From the NCBI GenBank assembly GCA_965199955.1, contig CBDATQ010000002.1:32001-96000 (forward strand): a stretch of 64,000 nt of DNA, read 5' to 3'. Below the pieces are notes generated by a model. The model was not told the origin of the DNA. It worked only from the letters and a program-made list of their open reading frames with translations, and made no database searches. Positions 36,509-45,802 of the stretch are shown piece by piece (position 1 is the stretch's first letter; the number at the start of each line of letters is the position of its first letter). This stretch comes from Spirochaetia bacterium. Lineage in GTDB: Bacteria > Spirochaetota > Spirochaetia > SZUA-6 > Bin103. Made by a program: the position numbers and the translations under genes.

Positions 36509-38161
36509 ATGAAGAACATCCTGTACGTCTACAACGAGGGCGATTTTCACCTCAGCGAGTCGGCGGGGCGGCTGATCGGCGACGATCTGGCCGCCGACGG
36601 ACGCTACGAGCTCGAGATGACCACCGACCTCGACGCGCTTGCGGCGCTGCCCCGCGGCGAGTATGCGGCGGTCGTCGTCTACACGACCGGCTGCCGCGAC
36701 GAGCTGCAGGGTACGCGGGAGGCAGGGCTGCTGCGGTTCGTGGAGGCCGGCGGCGGCTTCGTCGGCCTGCATGCGGCCGCCGACAGCTTCCGTGGGAGCC
36801 GCCCGTACCTGGAGATGCTGGGCGGGGAGTTCCTGAACCATCCGGCTCACCACGAATTCACGGTCCGGATCCTGGACGGCGACCACTACATCACGCGGCG
36901 CATGCGGGACTTCCCGATCTTCGATGAGCTGTACCGGCTGCAGGGCTTCGACCCGGAGCGGTGCACGGTGCTCGCGGACGCCGGCTTCCGGAACGAGCGC
37001 CATCCGATCGTCCACGTGCGCGAGCACGGGCGCGGGCGGGTGGCCTATCTGGCAAATGGACACACCACGCAGGCATGGCAGACGCGGGCGTTTCGCAAGC
37101 TGGTCACCCGCGCCATCGCCTGGACCGCGGGGGCCGATGTTGAGGAGAAGACGCTCAGATGCGGCCTGTTCGGGTACGGGCCGAACCACAACATGGGGCG
37201 CAACCACTACGGCTGGCTGAACGAGGTGCCCGGCCTGCGGCCCGTGGCGATGTGTGACATCGACCGCGCGCGCGTCGAGGTGGCGCGGCAGGAGTGTCCG
37301 GATCTGGAGCTCTACACGACCAGCAGCGAGGAGATGCTGGCCGATGGGAACCTCGACCTGGTCGTCGTGATCCTGCCGCACTCGCTCCATGAACAGGCCG
37401 CCCTGCAGTGCCTGGATGCCGGCGCGCACCTGGTCATCGAGAAGCCGTTCTGCCTCACCGTGGAGGAGGCGGACCGCATCATTGGCCGCGCGCGTGAGTT
37501 GGGCCTGTCGGTCAGCGTGTTTCACAACCGGCGGTGGGACGCGGACTACCTGACCATCCGGGACGTGATCGAGCGCGGTCTGATCGGCGAGGTCTTTCAC
37601 GTCGAGTGCGCTCAAGGCGGCTACGGGCACCCGGGTCCCACGTGGCGCTCCGACAAGGCGGTCTCAGGCGGCGTTCTCTACGACTGGGGCGCGCACTTCC
37701 TCGACTGGATCCTGAACTTGGTGCCGGGGAAGATCGCCCAGGTGACCGGCACGCGCCACGACCGCGTCTGGCACGGGGTCACGAACGAGGACTACATGAA
37801 GGTGGGCCTGCGATTCGAGAACGGGGTAACGGCCGAGTTCGTGTCGTCCCAGATCAGCGCGCTGCCGCAACCGAAGTGGCGGATCCTGGGCACGCTGGGC
37901 GGGCTGGAGGCGGGCGCGGCGAGGGAGGAGTTGCGGCTGGTGAGTTACGCGTCCGGCGTCCGCCACGAGGGCGTCGTGCAGGTGTCGCCGCGCATGGAAT
38001 CGTGGATCAGCTACTACCGGGAACTCGCCGACCATCTGCTGCTGGGCGAGCCCAATCCCGTCACGCCCGAGCAGGCGCGGCGGGTGATCGGCGTCATTCA
38101 GGCCGCCGAGGTGAGCGCCGAGCGCGGGGCCGGCATTCCTCCGTTCGAGGGATGCGAGTAG
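36509..38161 (+). CDS. ThuA-like domain fused to Gfo/Idh/MocA oxidoreductase
   Basis: N-terminal GGGFVGLHAAADSF, GGEFLNHP, DELY, GRGRVAYLANGH (ThuA-like); C-terminal VIEKPF, HNRRWDADY, GGVLYDWGAHFLD. Confidence 0.88.
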   Translation: MKNILYVYNEGDFHLSESAGRLIGDDLAADGRYELEMTTDLDALAALPRGEYAAVVVYTTGCRDELQGTREAGLLRFVEAGGGFVGLHAAADSFRGSRPYLEMLGGEFLNHPAHHEFTVRILDGDHYITRRMRDFPIFDELYRLQGFDPERCTVLADAGFRNERHPIVHVREHGRGRVAYLANGHTTQAWQTRAFRKLVTRAIAWTAGADVEEKTLRCGLFGYGPNHNMGRNHYGWLNEVPGLRPVAMCDIDRARVEVARQECPDLELYTTSSEEMLADGNLDLVVVILPHSLHEQAALQCLDAGAHLVIEKPFCLTVEEADRIIGRARELGLSVSVFHNRRWDADYLTIRDVIERGLIGEVFHVECAQGGYGHPGPTWRSDKAVSGGVLYDWGAHFLDWILNLVPGKIAQVTGTRHDRVWHGVTNEDYMKVGLRFENGVTAEFVSSQISALPQPKWRILGTLGGLEAGAAREELRLVSYASGVRHEGVVQVSPRMESWISYYRELADHLLLGEPNPVTPEQARRVIGVIQAAEVSAERGAGIPPFEGCE

Positions 38162-38166
38162 GCCCT

Positions 38167-38201
38167 TCACTCTTGCGAGTGAGGTTCGCTCCGCTCACTC
38201 G
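38167..38201. repeat. Overlapping inverted repeats (REP-like) downstream of the ThuA-Gfo gene
   Basis: TCACTC-ttgc-GAGTGA and CGAGTGAG-N10-CTCACTCG share the central GAGTGA. Confidence 0.45.
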
Positions 38202-38389
38202 GTGACGTACGCCGCGCACAGGAAGACGTCGTCCAGGCGCTCGGCTTCCCAGTCGACGCGCAGCAGCCCAGGGCGACGGCGTCGCTCCAGTGGTCGAAGC
38301 AGGCCGTCCGTTCCGGCCAGCAGGCGGACGACGCCACGGGACAGCCAGCTCAGGCATAGTCCAGAGATCTGCAGGGCGCGGTGGCTTCG

Positions 38390-39394
38390 TCAGTGGCCGC
38401 CCGAAGCGCCGGCGGCCGCACCCGCCGCCCCGCCGGCCGATATGGCTGCGATCGTCGCTGCCTGCTGGGCATCCAGGATCGCCTGGATCGACTGCAGGGC
38501 CGCCAGGTCGCCGGCGCTGCGTTCGCCGGCTCGCTCGGTGTCGGCGGACAGCTCGATGCTGGCGGCCAGCGTGAAGGCAACGGACTTGTCCGGGCGCGAC
38601 TTGGCCTGCCGGAGACGGTCGCGGTTGTCGAGCACGCGGTCGACCACCTCCGCGGCGGGACTCTGCGTTAGTGCCAGCAGCGCCACCTCGTCGTAGCGGC
38701 TCGGTCGGACCCGTTCCTCCCGGCTTCTCAGCCGCTCGGCGACGTCGCAGAACCGGTCCACTCCGGCGTCGGTGCCGCGCGGGTCGACCGCAAGAAGCTG
38801 CGAGACGAGCTGGAGTTGCTGGCCGCGGGTGAAGTCGGCGTCATGCAGGCGGGTGTAGGCCCGTTCGATGTCCGCGGCCAGGACGTCGACCGGCACGTCG
38901 CGGGAGGCATGCAGCGCCGCGGCCGGCAAGTCGCCGGCGTTGGTCAGCCACCGGTGCTCGGTGCGCCACCGGCGGCAGATGAGCGCCAGCCGTTCCAGGT
39001 CCTCTCCGGGCACCGGAGCCCCCTCACCGTGCAGGGCCATCAACAGCGCCGCCAGCGTCGGGCCGGTGCCCCGGCTCGGGACCTTGTGCTCCTTGAAGGC
39101 GTCGCGCGTGGCGAACACGCACTCGTGGACCGGGGCTGTATCCAGCCCGCGCCGCAGGATCATGGCGGCCACCACGTAGCGGATCTCCGACTTGAGGGGG
39201 CTGGACCAGCGGGCGCGCTTGCGCAGATCGGTGGCCGCCGCCTCCAGCCGGTCGTAGCCGATGGTGGAGGCTGCGGCGCCCAGGCTCAGCGCGACGAAGC
39301 GGAACGTCACTGACTGTGTCGACCAGCGCTTGCGCGCGCGCAACGCCTCGAACGTCTGCAGGTAACTGGCGACCGGGTCGCCTGATGGGCTCAT
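38390..39394 (-). CDS. DUF4003-like helical protein
   Basis: Helical protein with WSSPLKS, HRWLTNAGDLP, FTRGQQLQLVSQLL and the characteristic QQAATIAAISA..small-residue C-terminal tail. Confidence 0.7.
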   Translation of the reverse strand: MSPSGDPVASYLQTFEALRARKRWSTQSVTFRFVALSLGAAASTIGYDRLEAAATDLRKRARWSSPLKSEIRYVVAAMILRRGLDTAPVHECVFATRDAFKEHKVPSRGTGPTLAALLMALHGEGAPVPGEDLERLALICRRWRTEHRWLTNAGDLPAAALHASRDVPVDVLAADIERAYTRLHDADFTRGQQLQLVSQLLAVDPRGTDAGVDRFCDVAERLRSREERVRPSRYDEVALLALTQSPAAEVVDRVLDNRDRLRQAKSRPDKSVAFTLAASIELSADTERAGERSAGDLAALQSIQAILDAQQAATIAAISAGGAAGAAAGASGGH

Positions 39395-39443
39395 GGCCGG
39401 CAGCATAGGACGGGCCGCCTCCGGATGCCAGGGTTAGCCGCGG

Positions 39444-39510
39444 CTACGGCTCCTGTTCAAGCGCCTCGCGTCGGTTGAGTTCCAGCGCTTCTTGCAACGT
39501 GACCTTGCAG
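39444..39510 (-). pseudogene. Possible C-terminal remnant of a HicB-type antitoxin
   Basis: VTLQEALELNRREALEQEP resembles the ..TLxEALExNRxEAL segment of short HicB proteins; no N-terminus. Confidence 0.35.
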
Positions 39511-39589
39511 CCTGCGACCCGAGGCGGAGCAGTTGGCGCTACAGCGCTCGCTTCTGCAGCGAAGCGTGGACAGGGTCTAGAATGCGAGC

Positions 39590-41353
39590 ATGGCTGAAAC
39601 CACCAGAGACCTGATCGGCGACGGCTGGCTCTCGGAGCCGGCGATATACCGCACCGACCTGGACGCCTGCCGGCCGGCGGCAGCGCTGTACCCGGGCTCG
39701 CGCGCTCGCCACTGGCGGCTGCTGTCATACGAGCTGGAGGGGCTGGCCGGCACGATGCTGCGGGCCGACGAGGAGACGGACGCTCCCGAGCTGACCTACC
39801 CGCTGCGTGCCTCCGGGTACCACGCGGTGTCGCTGGGGCTGATGGCCGAGTCCTCGGAGGACATCGTGGTGCTGACCCGCCTGAACGGGGATGTCAGCTC
39901 CACCGTGCTCACCTGCCCGATGACCGACCGCGCCGGACGGCACCGGATCCGGGAGCTGTTCTGGAAGATCGCCGACCTGAGCGGCCAGGACCTGGTGATC
40001 GGCCAGAACAACCGGCGGATCGCCGCCGGCGACACGCCGGGGTGCGTGGCGGGCAGCCCCGTGCGCCTGGCGTACGTGAAGCTGGTCCCGCTTACCGAGG
40101 GGGAGGTCGCCACCTTCCGGGCCGACGCGGCTCGGCAGGACAACCGGCGGCTGTTCGGGCACAATGACGCCCACGGCCTGCACTACGCCACGCGGCCGAC
40201 GGCAGCCGGCCACATCCGGCGCCGCATCGAGATGTTCCGCAACACGGATTTCTCGCGCCTGTACTGGGAGTGCGGCATGGGTGACCTGCTCTACTACCTG
40301 GGGACCGCCGGCCGGCTGCCGACACACGACGGCCTGGACGACTTCGCGCGGAGCGGCGACCGCCTGCACCGGGAGAGCTGGCAGATCCTGCGCGAGCAGG
40401 GCATCGATCCGTTCCGGGTCGCCCGCGAGCACGCCCGCGACATGGGACTGGAGTTTCACGCGACCTACCGGCCGGCCGGGTTCCGGTTTCCGCCCGACCA
40501 CGACCACTTCGACCACGGTGACTCCTTCTACGGGCGCCACCCCGAGCTGCGGGGCCGCGACCGCGACGGGCGCGAGACGCCCCGTATCTCCTACGCTTAC
40601 CCGGAGAGCCGGCGCTTCGCGGTGTCGTTGCTGAACGAGGTGGCCGCCGACTACGACGTCGACGGCATCTGCCTGGCCTACAACCGGCGGCCCCCGTTCA
40701 GCGAGTTCGAGCCGCCGCTGATCGACAGCTTCCAGGCGGAGCACGGCCGCGACCCGCGCACGCTGGCGGACGACGACGAGACGTGGCTGTGGCACCGCTG
40801 CGGCGTGCTCACCAGCTTCATGCGCGAAGTCCGCGCGGACCTGGACGAGGTCGCGCGCGCCCGGCAGCGGCCACGGATTTCGGTCACCGCCATAGTCATG
40901 CGAGACGCCGCGGAGAACCTCTACTACGGCATGGACCTGCAGACCTGGGTGCGGGAGGGGCTGGTGGACACCCTCATCCCCTACACGTCGGCGGTGTTCC
41001 TGGACAGCGCCGCCGACTCCTGGGAGGACCCCCGCGGTGCGGACTGGTTCGTCGAGCTGACGCGTGGCACCTCCTGCACGCTGTCGATGAGCCTGCTGCC
41101 TCGCATGATGCCGCCCGGCCTGTACCGCGAACGCGCGGCGGGGCTGTATCGGGCCGGCGTGGAGAGCTTCTTCTTCTGGGACTGCACGCCCGGACGCGGC
41201 AACTACACGGAGTCGTGGAGCGCCCTGCGGCGCCTGGGTCACAAGGAGGAGGTCCTGAGCTGGGCGGACAGCGGCCGGCCGGACCTCAGCCTCGCGCGGC
41301 GTCCGCTGACCAGCCTGGACGGTTGGGACCTGTCGTACGCCACACCGGGATAG
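39590..41353 (+). CDS. Hypothetical protein with glycosyl hydrolase-like 10 (DUF187-type) TIM barrel
   Basis: DPFRVAREHARDMGLEFHATYR, FYGRHPELR, ISYAYPE, YDVDGICL, LTSFMREVR, GMDLQTWVREGLVD; about 180-aa beta-rich N-terminal domain. Confidence 0.65.
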   Translation: MAETTRDLIGDGWLSEPAIYRTDLDACRPAAALYPGSRARHWRLLSYELEGLAGTMLRADEETDAPELTYPLRASGYHAVSLGLMAESSEDIVVLTRLNGDVSSTVLTCPMTDRAGRHRIRELFWKIADLSGQDLVIGQNNRRIAAGDTPGCVAGSPVRLAYVKLVPLTEGEVATFRADAARQDNRRLFGHNDAHGLHYATRPTAAGHIRRRIEMFRNTDFSRLYWECGMGDLLYYLGTAGRLPTHDGLDDFARSGDRLHRESWQILREQGIDPFRVAREHARDMGLEFHATYRPAGFRFPPDHDHFDHGDSFYGRHPELRGRDRDGRETPRISYAYPESRRFAVSLLNEVAADYDVDGICLAYNRRPPFSEFEPPLIDSFQAEHGRDPRTLADDDETWLWHRCGVLTSFMREVRADLDEVARARQRPRISVTAIVMRDAAENLYYGMDLQTWVREGLVDTLIPYTSAVFLDSAADSWEDPRGADWFVELTRGTSCTLSMSLLPRMMPPGLYRERAAGLYRAGVESFFFWDCTPGRGNYTESWSALRRLGHKEEVLSWADSGRPDLSLARRPLTSLDGWDLSYATPG

Positions 41354-41356
41354 CCT

Positions 41357-42763
41357 GTGGGTGTGCGGACGTACGAGCGTTCCACGGTTCTCCCTCACTC
41401 CGTGGAGCGCGTATTCGCGTGGCACGAGACCGTAGCCTCGTTCGAGCGCTTGCTGCCTCCCTCGCCGCCGATGGAGCTGCTGGAGCGCACCGGGACGATC
41501 CGTGAGGGGGACCGCGCGACCTTTCGCGTAGGGGTCGGTCCGTTCGGCTTTCGCGGCACGGTGGAATACGAGGGCTACCGGCCGCTCCAGGAGTTCGGTA
41601 ACCGGCACGTCGGCGGTCCCCACCGTTCGTTGCGGCACCGCCATCTGTTCCGCTCGACCGGGGAGGCGAGCTGCGAGCTCACCGAACGGATTCACTGTGA
41701 GCCGCGCCTGATCATGGCGACGCTGGGCCGCGTGTCGCTCCGGCGCACGATGGAGCGCGCGCTGGAGTTCCACCAGGAGCGCGTCCGCCGCGACCTGGAG
41801 CGCCACGCGGCCGGGCCGGCGGGACCGCTACGGGTGCTGCTCACCGGCGCGTCCGGGCTGATCGGCGGCGCGCTCACTGCCTTTCTGGAAAGCGGCGGCC
41901 ATGACGTGGTCCGGCTGGTGCGGCCACCCGCTTCCGAGCGGCGGCCACCCGCTTCCGAGCGGCGGCCACCCGCTTCCGGCCGGGAAATCGCCTGGGACCC
42001 CGCCTCCGGGCAGATTGACGCGGCCGCCCTGGAAGGGTTCGACGCGGTGATCCACCTGGCGGGGGAGAACATCGGCGCCGGGCGCTGGACCGCGGCGCGG
42101 CGGCGGCGCATCCGCTCAAGCCGCGTCGCATCGACCGAGCTACTTTGTGGTGCTCTCGCAGCGCTGAAGCGGCCTCCCGCGGCGCTGGTGTCAGCTTCGG
42201 CCGTCGGTTACTACGGCGACGCGGCAGGCACGGTCGACGAGTCCGCGCCGGCCGGCGGCGGCTTCCTGGCCGAGGTGACCGCCGCCTGGGAGCAGGCTGC
42301 CGAAGCGGCGCGGGCGGCGGGCATCCGGGTCGCGCACGCCCGCTTCGGCCCGGTGCTCAGCCCCAAAGCGGGAATGCTGAAGCGGCTCCTGCCGGTATTC
42401 CGGGCGGGCGCCGGCGGCGTGGTCGGCAGCGGCCGGCAGCCGATCAGTTGGATCGGGCTGGACGACGCGATCGGCGCGCTGCACTTCCTGATGAGCAGCG
42501 ACCAGGCGCAGGGCGCCTTCAACGTAGTGGCACCGCGTCCAGCCACCAACCGGGAGTTCACACAGGCGCTGGCGTCCGTGCTGAGACGGCCGGCGTTCGC
42601 GCCGGTCCCTGCTCCGGCCATCCGTGCCCTGTTCGGGGAGATGGGCGATCAGCTCATCCTCAAGGGGCAGGCGGTGGGCCCGGCACGGCTGACCGAGCTA
42701 GGGTTTCGCTGGCTGGAACCGACCCTGGACGGCGCCCTGCGCTGGGAGCTGGGCATTCAGTAG
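41357..42763 (+). CDS. TIGR01777 (YfcH-like) NAD-dependent epimerase with N-terminal SRPBCC domain
   Basis: VFAWHE..FERLLPP and GPHRSLRHRHLF (SRPBCC); TGASGLIG, HLAGENI, SASAVGYYG, WIGLDD. Confidence 0.92.
   Translation: MGVRTYERSTVLPHSVERVFAWHETVASFERLLPPSPPMELLERTGTIREGDRATFRVGVGPFGFRGTVEYEGYRPLQEFGNRHVGGPHRSLRHRHLFRSTGEASCELTERIHCEPRLIMATLGRVSLRRTMERALEFHQERVRRDLERHAAGPAGPLRVLLTGASGLIGGALTAFLESGGHDVVRLVRPPASERRPPASERRPPASGREIAWDPASGQIDAAALEGFDAVIHLAGENIGAGRWTAARRRRIRSSRVASTELLCGALAALKRPPAALVSASAVGYYGDAAGTVDESAPAGGGFLAEVTAAWEQAAEAARAAGIRVAHARFGPVLSPKAGMLKRLLPVFRAGAGGVVGSGRQPISWIGLDDAIGALHFLMSSDQAQGAFNVVAPRPATNREFTQALASVLRRPAFAPVPAPAIRALFGEMGDQLILKGQAVGPARLTELGFRWLEPTLDGALRWELGIQ
41921..41978 (+). 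repeat. 21-bp in-frame tandem repeat (two full copies plus 16 bp)
   Basis: CGGCCACCCGCTTCCGAGCGG x2 + CGGCCACCCGCTTCCG, encoding RPPASER-RPPASER-RPPASG. Confidence 0.95.
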
Positions 42764-42870
42764 CCGGCGGCCTTGTCCACCAGCCCCAGGAGGGGCCGGC
42801 CTTCCCGAAATCGGCACAGGTTCTCGACGAGGTGGTCCGCGAGCCGCCGCTGCGTCGCGACCGAGTTGGC
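42757..42870 (-). pseudogene. C-terminal remnant of a D-2-hydroxyacid dehydrogenase
   Basis: LVENLCRFREGRPLLGLVDKAAGY* is the typical family C-terminus; the rest of the gene is absent. Confidence 0.7.
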
Positions 42871-43046
42871 CGCGTCGATGTAGCAGGATTGGGGCCCGAG
42901 GAAGAAGCCGCCGTCTGGTGGACTGGACCGGTCGGTCGGCAACGGGGTAGTCTCCCGCCTTCACCCGCGTGGTGAGGTGGCCGTCACCGACTGCGTGGCA
43001 CGCTCTCGCCGGCGCGGGCACAACGCATCGCACACGGAGGATGAGC

Positions 43047-44747
43047 ATGCACAAGCGATCAAGCAATCTCGTGGCCGTGATGGCCCTGTTGGCGCTCTGG
43101 CTGGTGCCGTCGATGGCATTTGCCGAAGGGCAGGCGGAGGGTGCCGCGGACCAACCGATGGAGATCACGTGGCAGCTGCGGGAAGAGACCTCCTACGCGG
43201 CGCAGGTGGCCGAGGAGATCTTCAACGTCCGCATCCTCGGCAACGGCATCTGGAACAACGACCGGGAGAAGATCGACCTGATGTTCGCCGCCGGCGAGGC
43301 GCCGGAGGTCTTTTCGGCCGGGGACGACCAGTTCCACTACCGCGACGGGCTGACCCGCGAGATCCCGCTGGCGATGATCCAGGAGCACGCGCCGCTGCAC
43401 TACCAGTGGATGCTCGACCATCCCATCGCGCTCAACATCAGCAGGAGCCCGGACAGCGACGATGCCTACGTCGCCCTGGTCGGGGTGACGATGTCGACCA
43501 ACGTGCCGCTGATCGGCTTCTGGTCGACCCGCGCCGACTGGGCCGAGAACGTCGGGCACCCGATTCCGGATTACTACGAGACGCGCTGGAAGGTCAGCAC
43601 CGAGACCGACCGCACCTGGTTCGTGCCGGCCAACCTCACGCTCGACTGGATGGAGGAGCTGATGGTGCTCTATCGGGACGGCGATCCCGACGGCAACGGC
43701 AAGATCGACACCATTCCGGCGAGCGCGTCCAACGTCATCCCCTGGAGCTTCACCACCCTGTTCGGCGCCTTCGGCCTGCCGATGTACTCGATCACGGTGG
43801 GCACCGGCGGCGTGGCCAACTACCAGGACGAGAACGGCGACCTGGTGCTGCAGCCGGTTTCACCCCGCTACAAGAAGTTCCTGGCCCACCTGGCCGACTG
43901 GTACGCCAAGGACCTCATCGACAAGGAGTTCCCGACCATGAGCCGCCAGGACCAGTGGCAGAAGGACATGGCCGGCATAGTCGGGGTGCAGTTCATGAGC
44001 AACTCCACCTACGTCAACCCGACGCTGGAGCGGCCGCCCAACCACGCGACCCTGGAAGAGGTCGCGGCCGGCGCCAGCGTGGCGATGATGCCGCCGCCGA
44101 TCGGTCCCGAGGGCTACCAGGGCGTGCAGGTCTACCAGGCGCACTCGCCGATCAGCAACTGGGCCTCCCTCAAGATCCGCCACGACGTGAGCGACGAGAA
44201 GCTGGCCAAGATCCTGCAGATCTGGGACTGGCGCCAGCATGACCCGGAGGGCTGGATGATCAGCCAGTTCGGCAAGGAAGGCGTGCACTTCACCTGGTCC
44301 GGCGAGGCGGGCAACTCGAAGCCGAACCGCGTGACGGAGGAAGACGTCGTGGCGAACCACCCGGACGAGCCCAAGCTCGGCAGGTTCTTCCACTATCCGT
44401 ACGGATATCACATGGACATGATCCGCTGGATCTACTCGCCGCAGTTCGTCCAGATCTGGGACAACTGGTTCGCCCCCGGACACTCCGAGTACTACCACAC
44501 GCGACCGTACAAGTGGGACCTGTTCACGGAGACCGAGATGAAGGCGATCGCCGATCGCCAGGGCGAGGGGCTGAACACGCTCGCCAACGAGTTCTTCATG
44601 CGGGTGGTGACCGGGCAGGTCGACCTGGACGCCGAGTGGGACGCCTACGTGGCGCGCTGGATGGCCGAGGGCGGCGACCAGGTGTACGAGGCGATGCAGA
44701 ACTCGATCATCATCAAGGCGCTGCACGAAGGCCGCATCGAATACTGA
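43047..44747 (+). CDS. Carbohydrate ABC substrate-binding protein (LplA-like)
   Basis: GGAGG RBS; signal peptide ..AFAEGQAEG; DGDPDGNGKIDTIP loop; WYAKDLIDKEF, FGKEGVHF, GQVDLDAEWDAYV. Confidence 0.85.
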   Translation: MHKRSSNLVAVMALLALWLVPSMAFAEGQAEGAADQPMEITWQLREETSYAAQVAEEIFNVRILGNGIWNNDREKIDLMFAAGEAPEVFSAGDDQFHYRDGLTREIPLAMIQEHAPLHYQWMLDHPIALNISRSPDSDDAYVALVGVTMSTNVPLIGFWSTRADWAENVGHPIPDYYETRWKVSTETDRTWFVPANLTLDWMEELMVLYRDGDPDGNGKIDTIPASASNVIPWSFTTLFGAFGLPMYSITVGTGGVANYQDENGDLVLQPVSPRYKKFLAHLADWYAKDLIDKEFPTMSRQDQWQKDMAGIVGVQFMSNSTYVNPTLERPPNHATLEEVAAGASVAMMPPPIGPEGYQGVQVYQAHSPISNWASLKIRHDVSDEKLAKILQIWDWRQHDPEGWMISQFGKEGVHFTWSGEAGNSKPNRVTEEDVVANHPDEPKLGRFFHYPYGYHMDMIRWIYSPQFVQIWDNWFAPGHSEYYHTRPYKWDLFTETEMKAIADRQGEGLNTLANEFFMRVVTGQVDLDAEWDAYVARWMAEGGDQVYEAMQNSIIIKALHEGRIEY

Positions 44748-44818
44748 TCACTGTCGTCGATGGACATGAAGGGGGTGGGCCGCTGGTCCATCCCCTTCCG
44801 CTCTAAGTCCGGAGGCTG

Positions 44819-45772
44819 ATGCCGATGCCCGCATCCGCGGTCGACATCCAGATACGCGACAACCTGCGGCGCGAGCGATGGAGCCGCGTGCGGCGGATGC
44901 GGCTGCTCTACCTGTCGCTGCTTCCCGCTCTGCTGCTGCTGCTCGTGTTCAACTACGTCCCGATCTACGGCATCGTCATCGCGTTCAAGAACTTCCAGGC
45001 AAGCCGCGGCATCCTGGGCAGCCCCTGGAACAACTTCGAAAACTTCGAGGTGCTGTTCGGCAGCTTCCAGTTCCAGCGGGTCATGCGCAACACCGTCATC
45101 ATCAGCTTGCAGCGCATCGTGTTCGGCTTTCCGGCGCCGATCCTGCTGGCCCTGATCATCAACGAGTTCGCCAACTCGTGGTGGAAGAAGGGGATCCAGT
45201 CGATCACCTACCTCCCCCACTTCATCTCCTGGGTCGTGATGGCCGGCATCCTGGTGGAGATACTGTCACCGCAGCGCGGCATCATCGGGTACCTGTACAC
45301 GGTGCTCGGCAGGGACGCGCCGCTGCTGCTCACCAACCAGAACGTGTTCCGGCCGATTCTGATCGCCACCGACGTCTGGAAGGAGGTGGGGTGGGGCTCG
45401 GTGATCTACCTGGCGGCGATCTCCTCCATCGATCCGACCATGTACGACGTGGCTCGGATCGACGGCGCCGGTCGGATACGGCAAGCCACCGCCATCACGC
45501 TGCCGTCGCTGCTGCCGGTGATCACCATCCTGTTCATCCTGCGCCTGAGCGGCATCCTCAACGCCGGCTTCGACCAGATCTTCAACCTCTACAACGAGCT
45601 GGTGTACGAGGTCGCCGACATCATCGACACCTACATGTACCGGGTCGGCATCCTGTCGCAGGAGTTCGAGTTCGCCACCGCCGCCGGCCTGTTCAAGAAC
45701 GTCGTCGGGGTCGCGTTGATCGTGCTGGTCAACGCCGTGATCAGGCGCTTCAGCGATCACGGAATCTGGTGA
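44819..45772 (+). CDS. Carbohydrate ABC permease (LplB-like)
   Basis: FNYVPIYGIVIAFKNF, YLPHFISWVV, WKEVGWGSVIYLAAISSID, ATAAGLFK. Confidence 0.95.
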   Translation: MPMPASAVDIQIRDNLRRERWSRVRRMRLLYLSLLPALLLLLVFNYVPIYGIVIAFKNFQASRGILGSPWNNFENFEVLFGSFQFQRVMRNTVIISLQRIVFGFPAPILLALIINEFANSWWKKGIQSITYLPHFISWVVMAGILVEILSPQRGIIGYLYTVLGRDAPLLLTNQNVFRPILIATDVWKEVGWGSVIYLAAISSIDPTMYDVARIDGAGRIRQATAITLPSLLPVITILFILRLSGILNAGFDQIFNLYNELVYEVADIIDTYMYRVGILSQEFEFATAAGLFKNVVGVALIVLVNAVIRRFSDHGIW

Positions 45773-45802
45773 TGGCGGACCGGCGGTTCGGGACGGTCTG
45801 AG

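Noticed and set aside
39725..41806. 693-aa - strand ORF and similar long antisense ORFs (e.g. 29586-31547, 30415-32157, 54450-55952)
   Set aside because: They mirror genes with clear family motifs on the other strand or frame; artefacts of stop-codon scarcity.
42995..43010. Sigma54-like TGGCAC..TCGC upstream of the SBP
   Set aside because: GG-to-GC spacing is 9 nt rather than the required 10.
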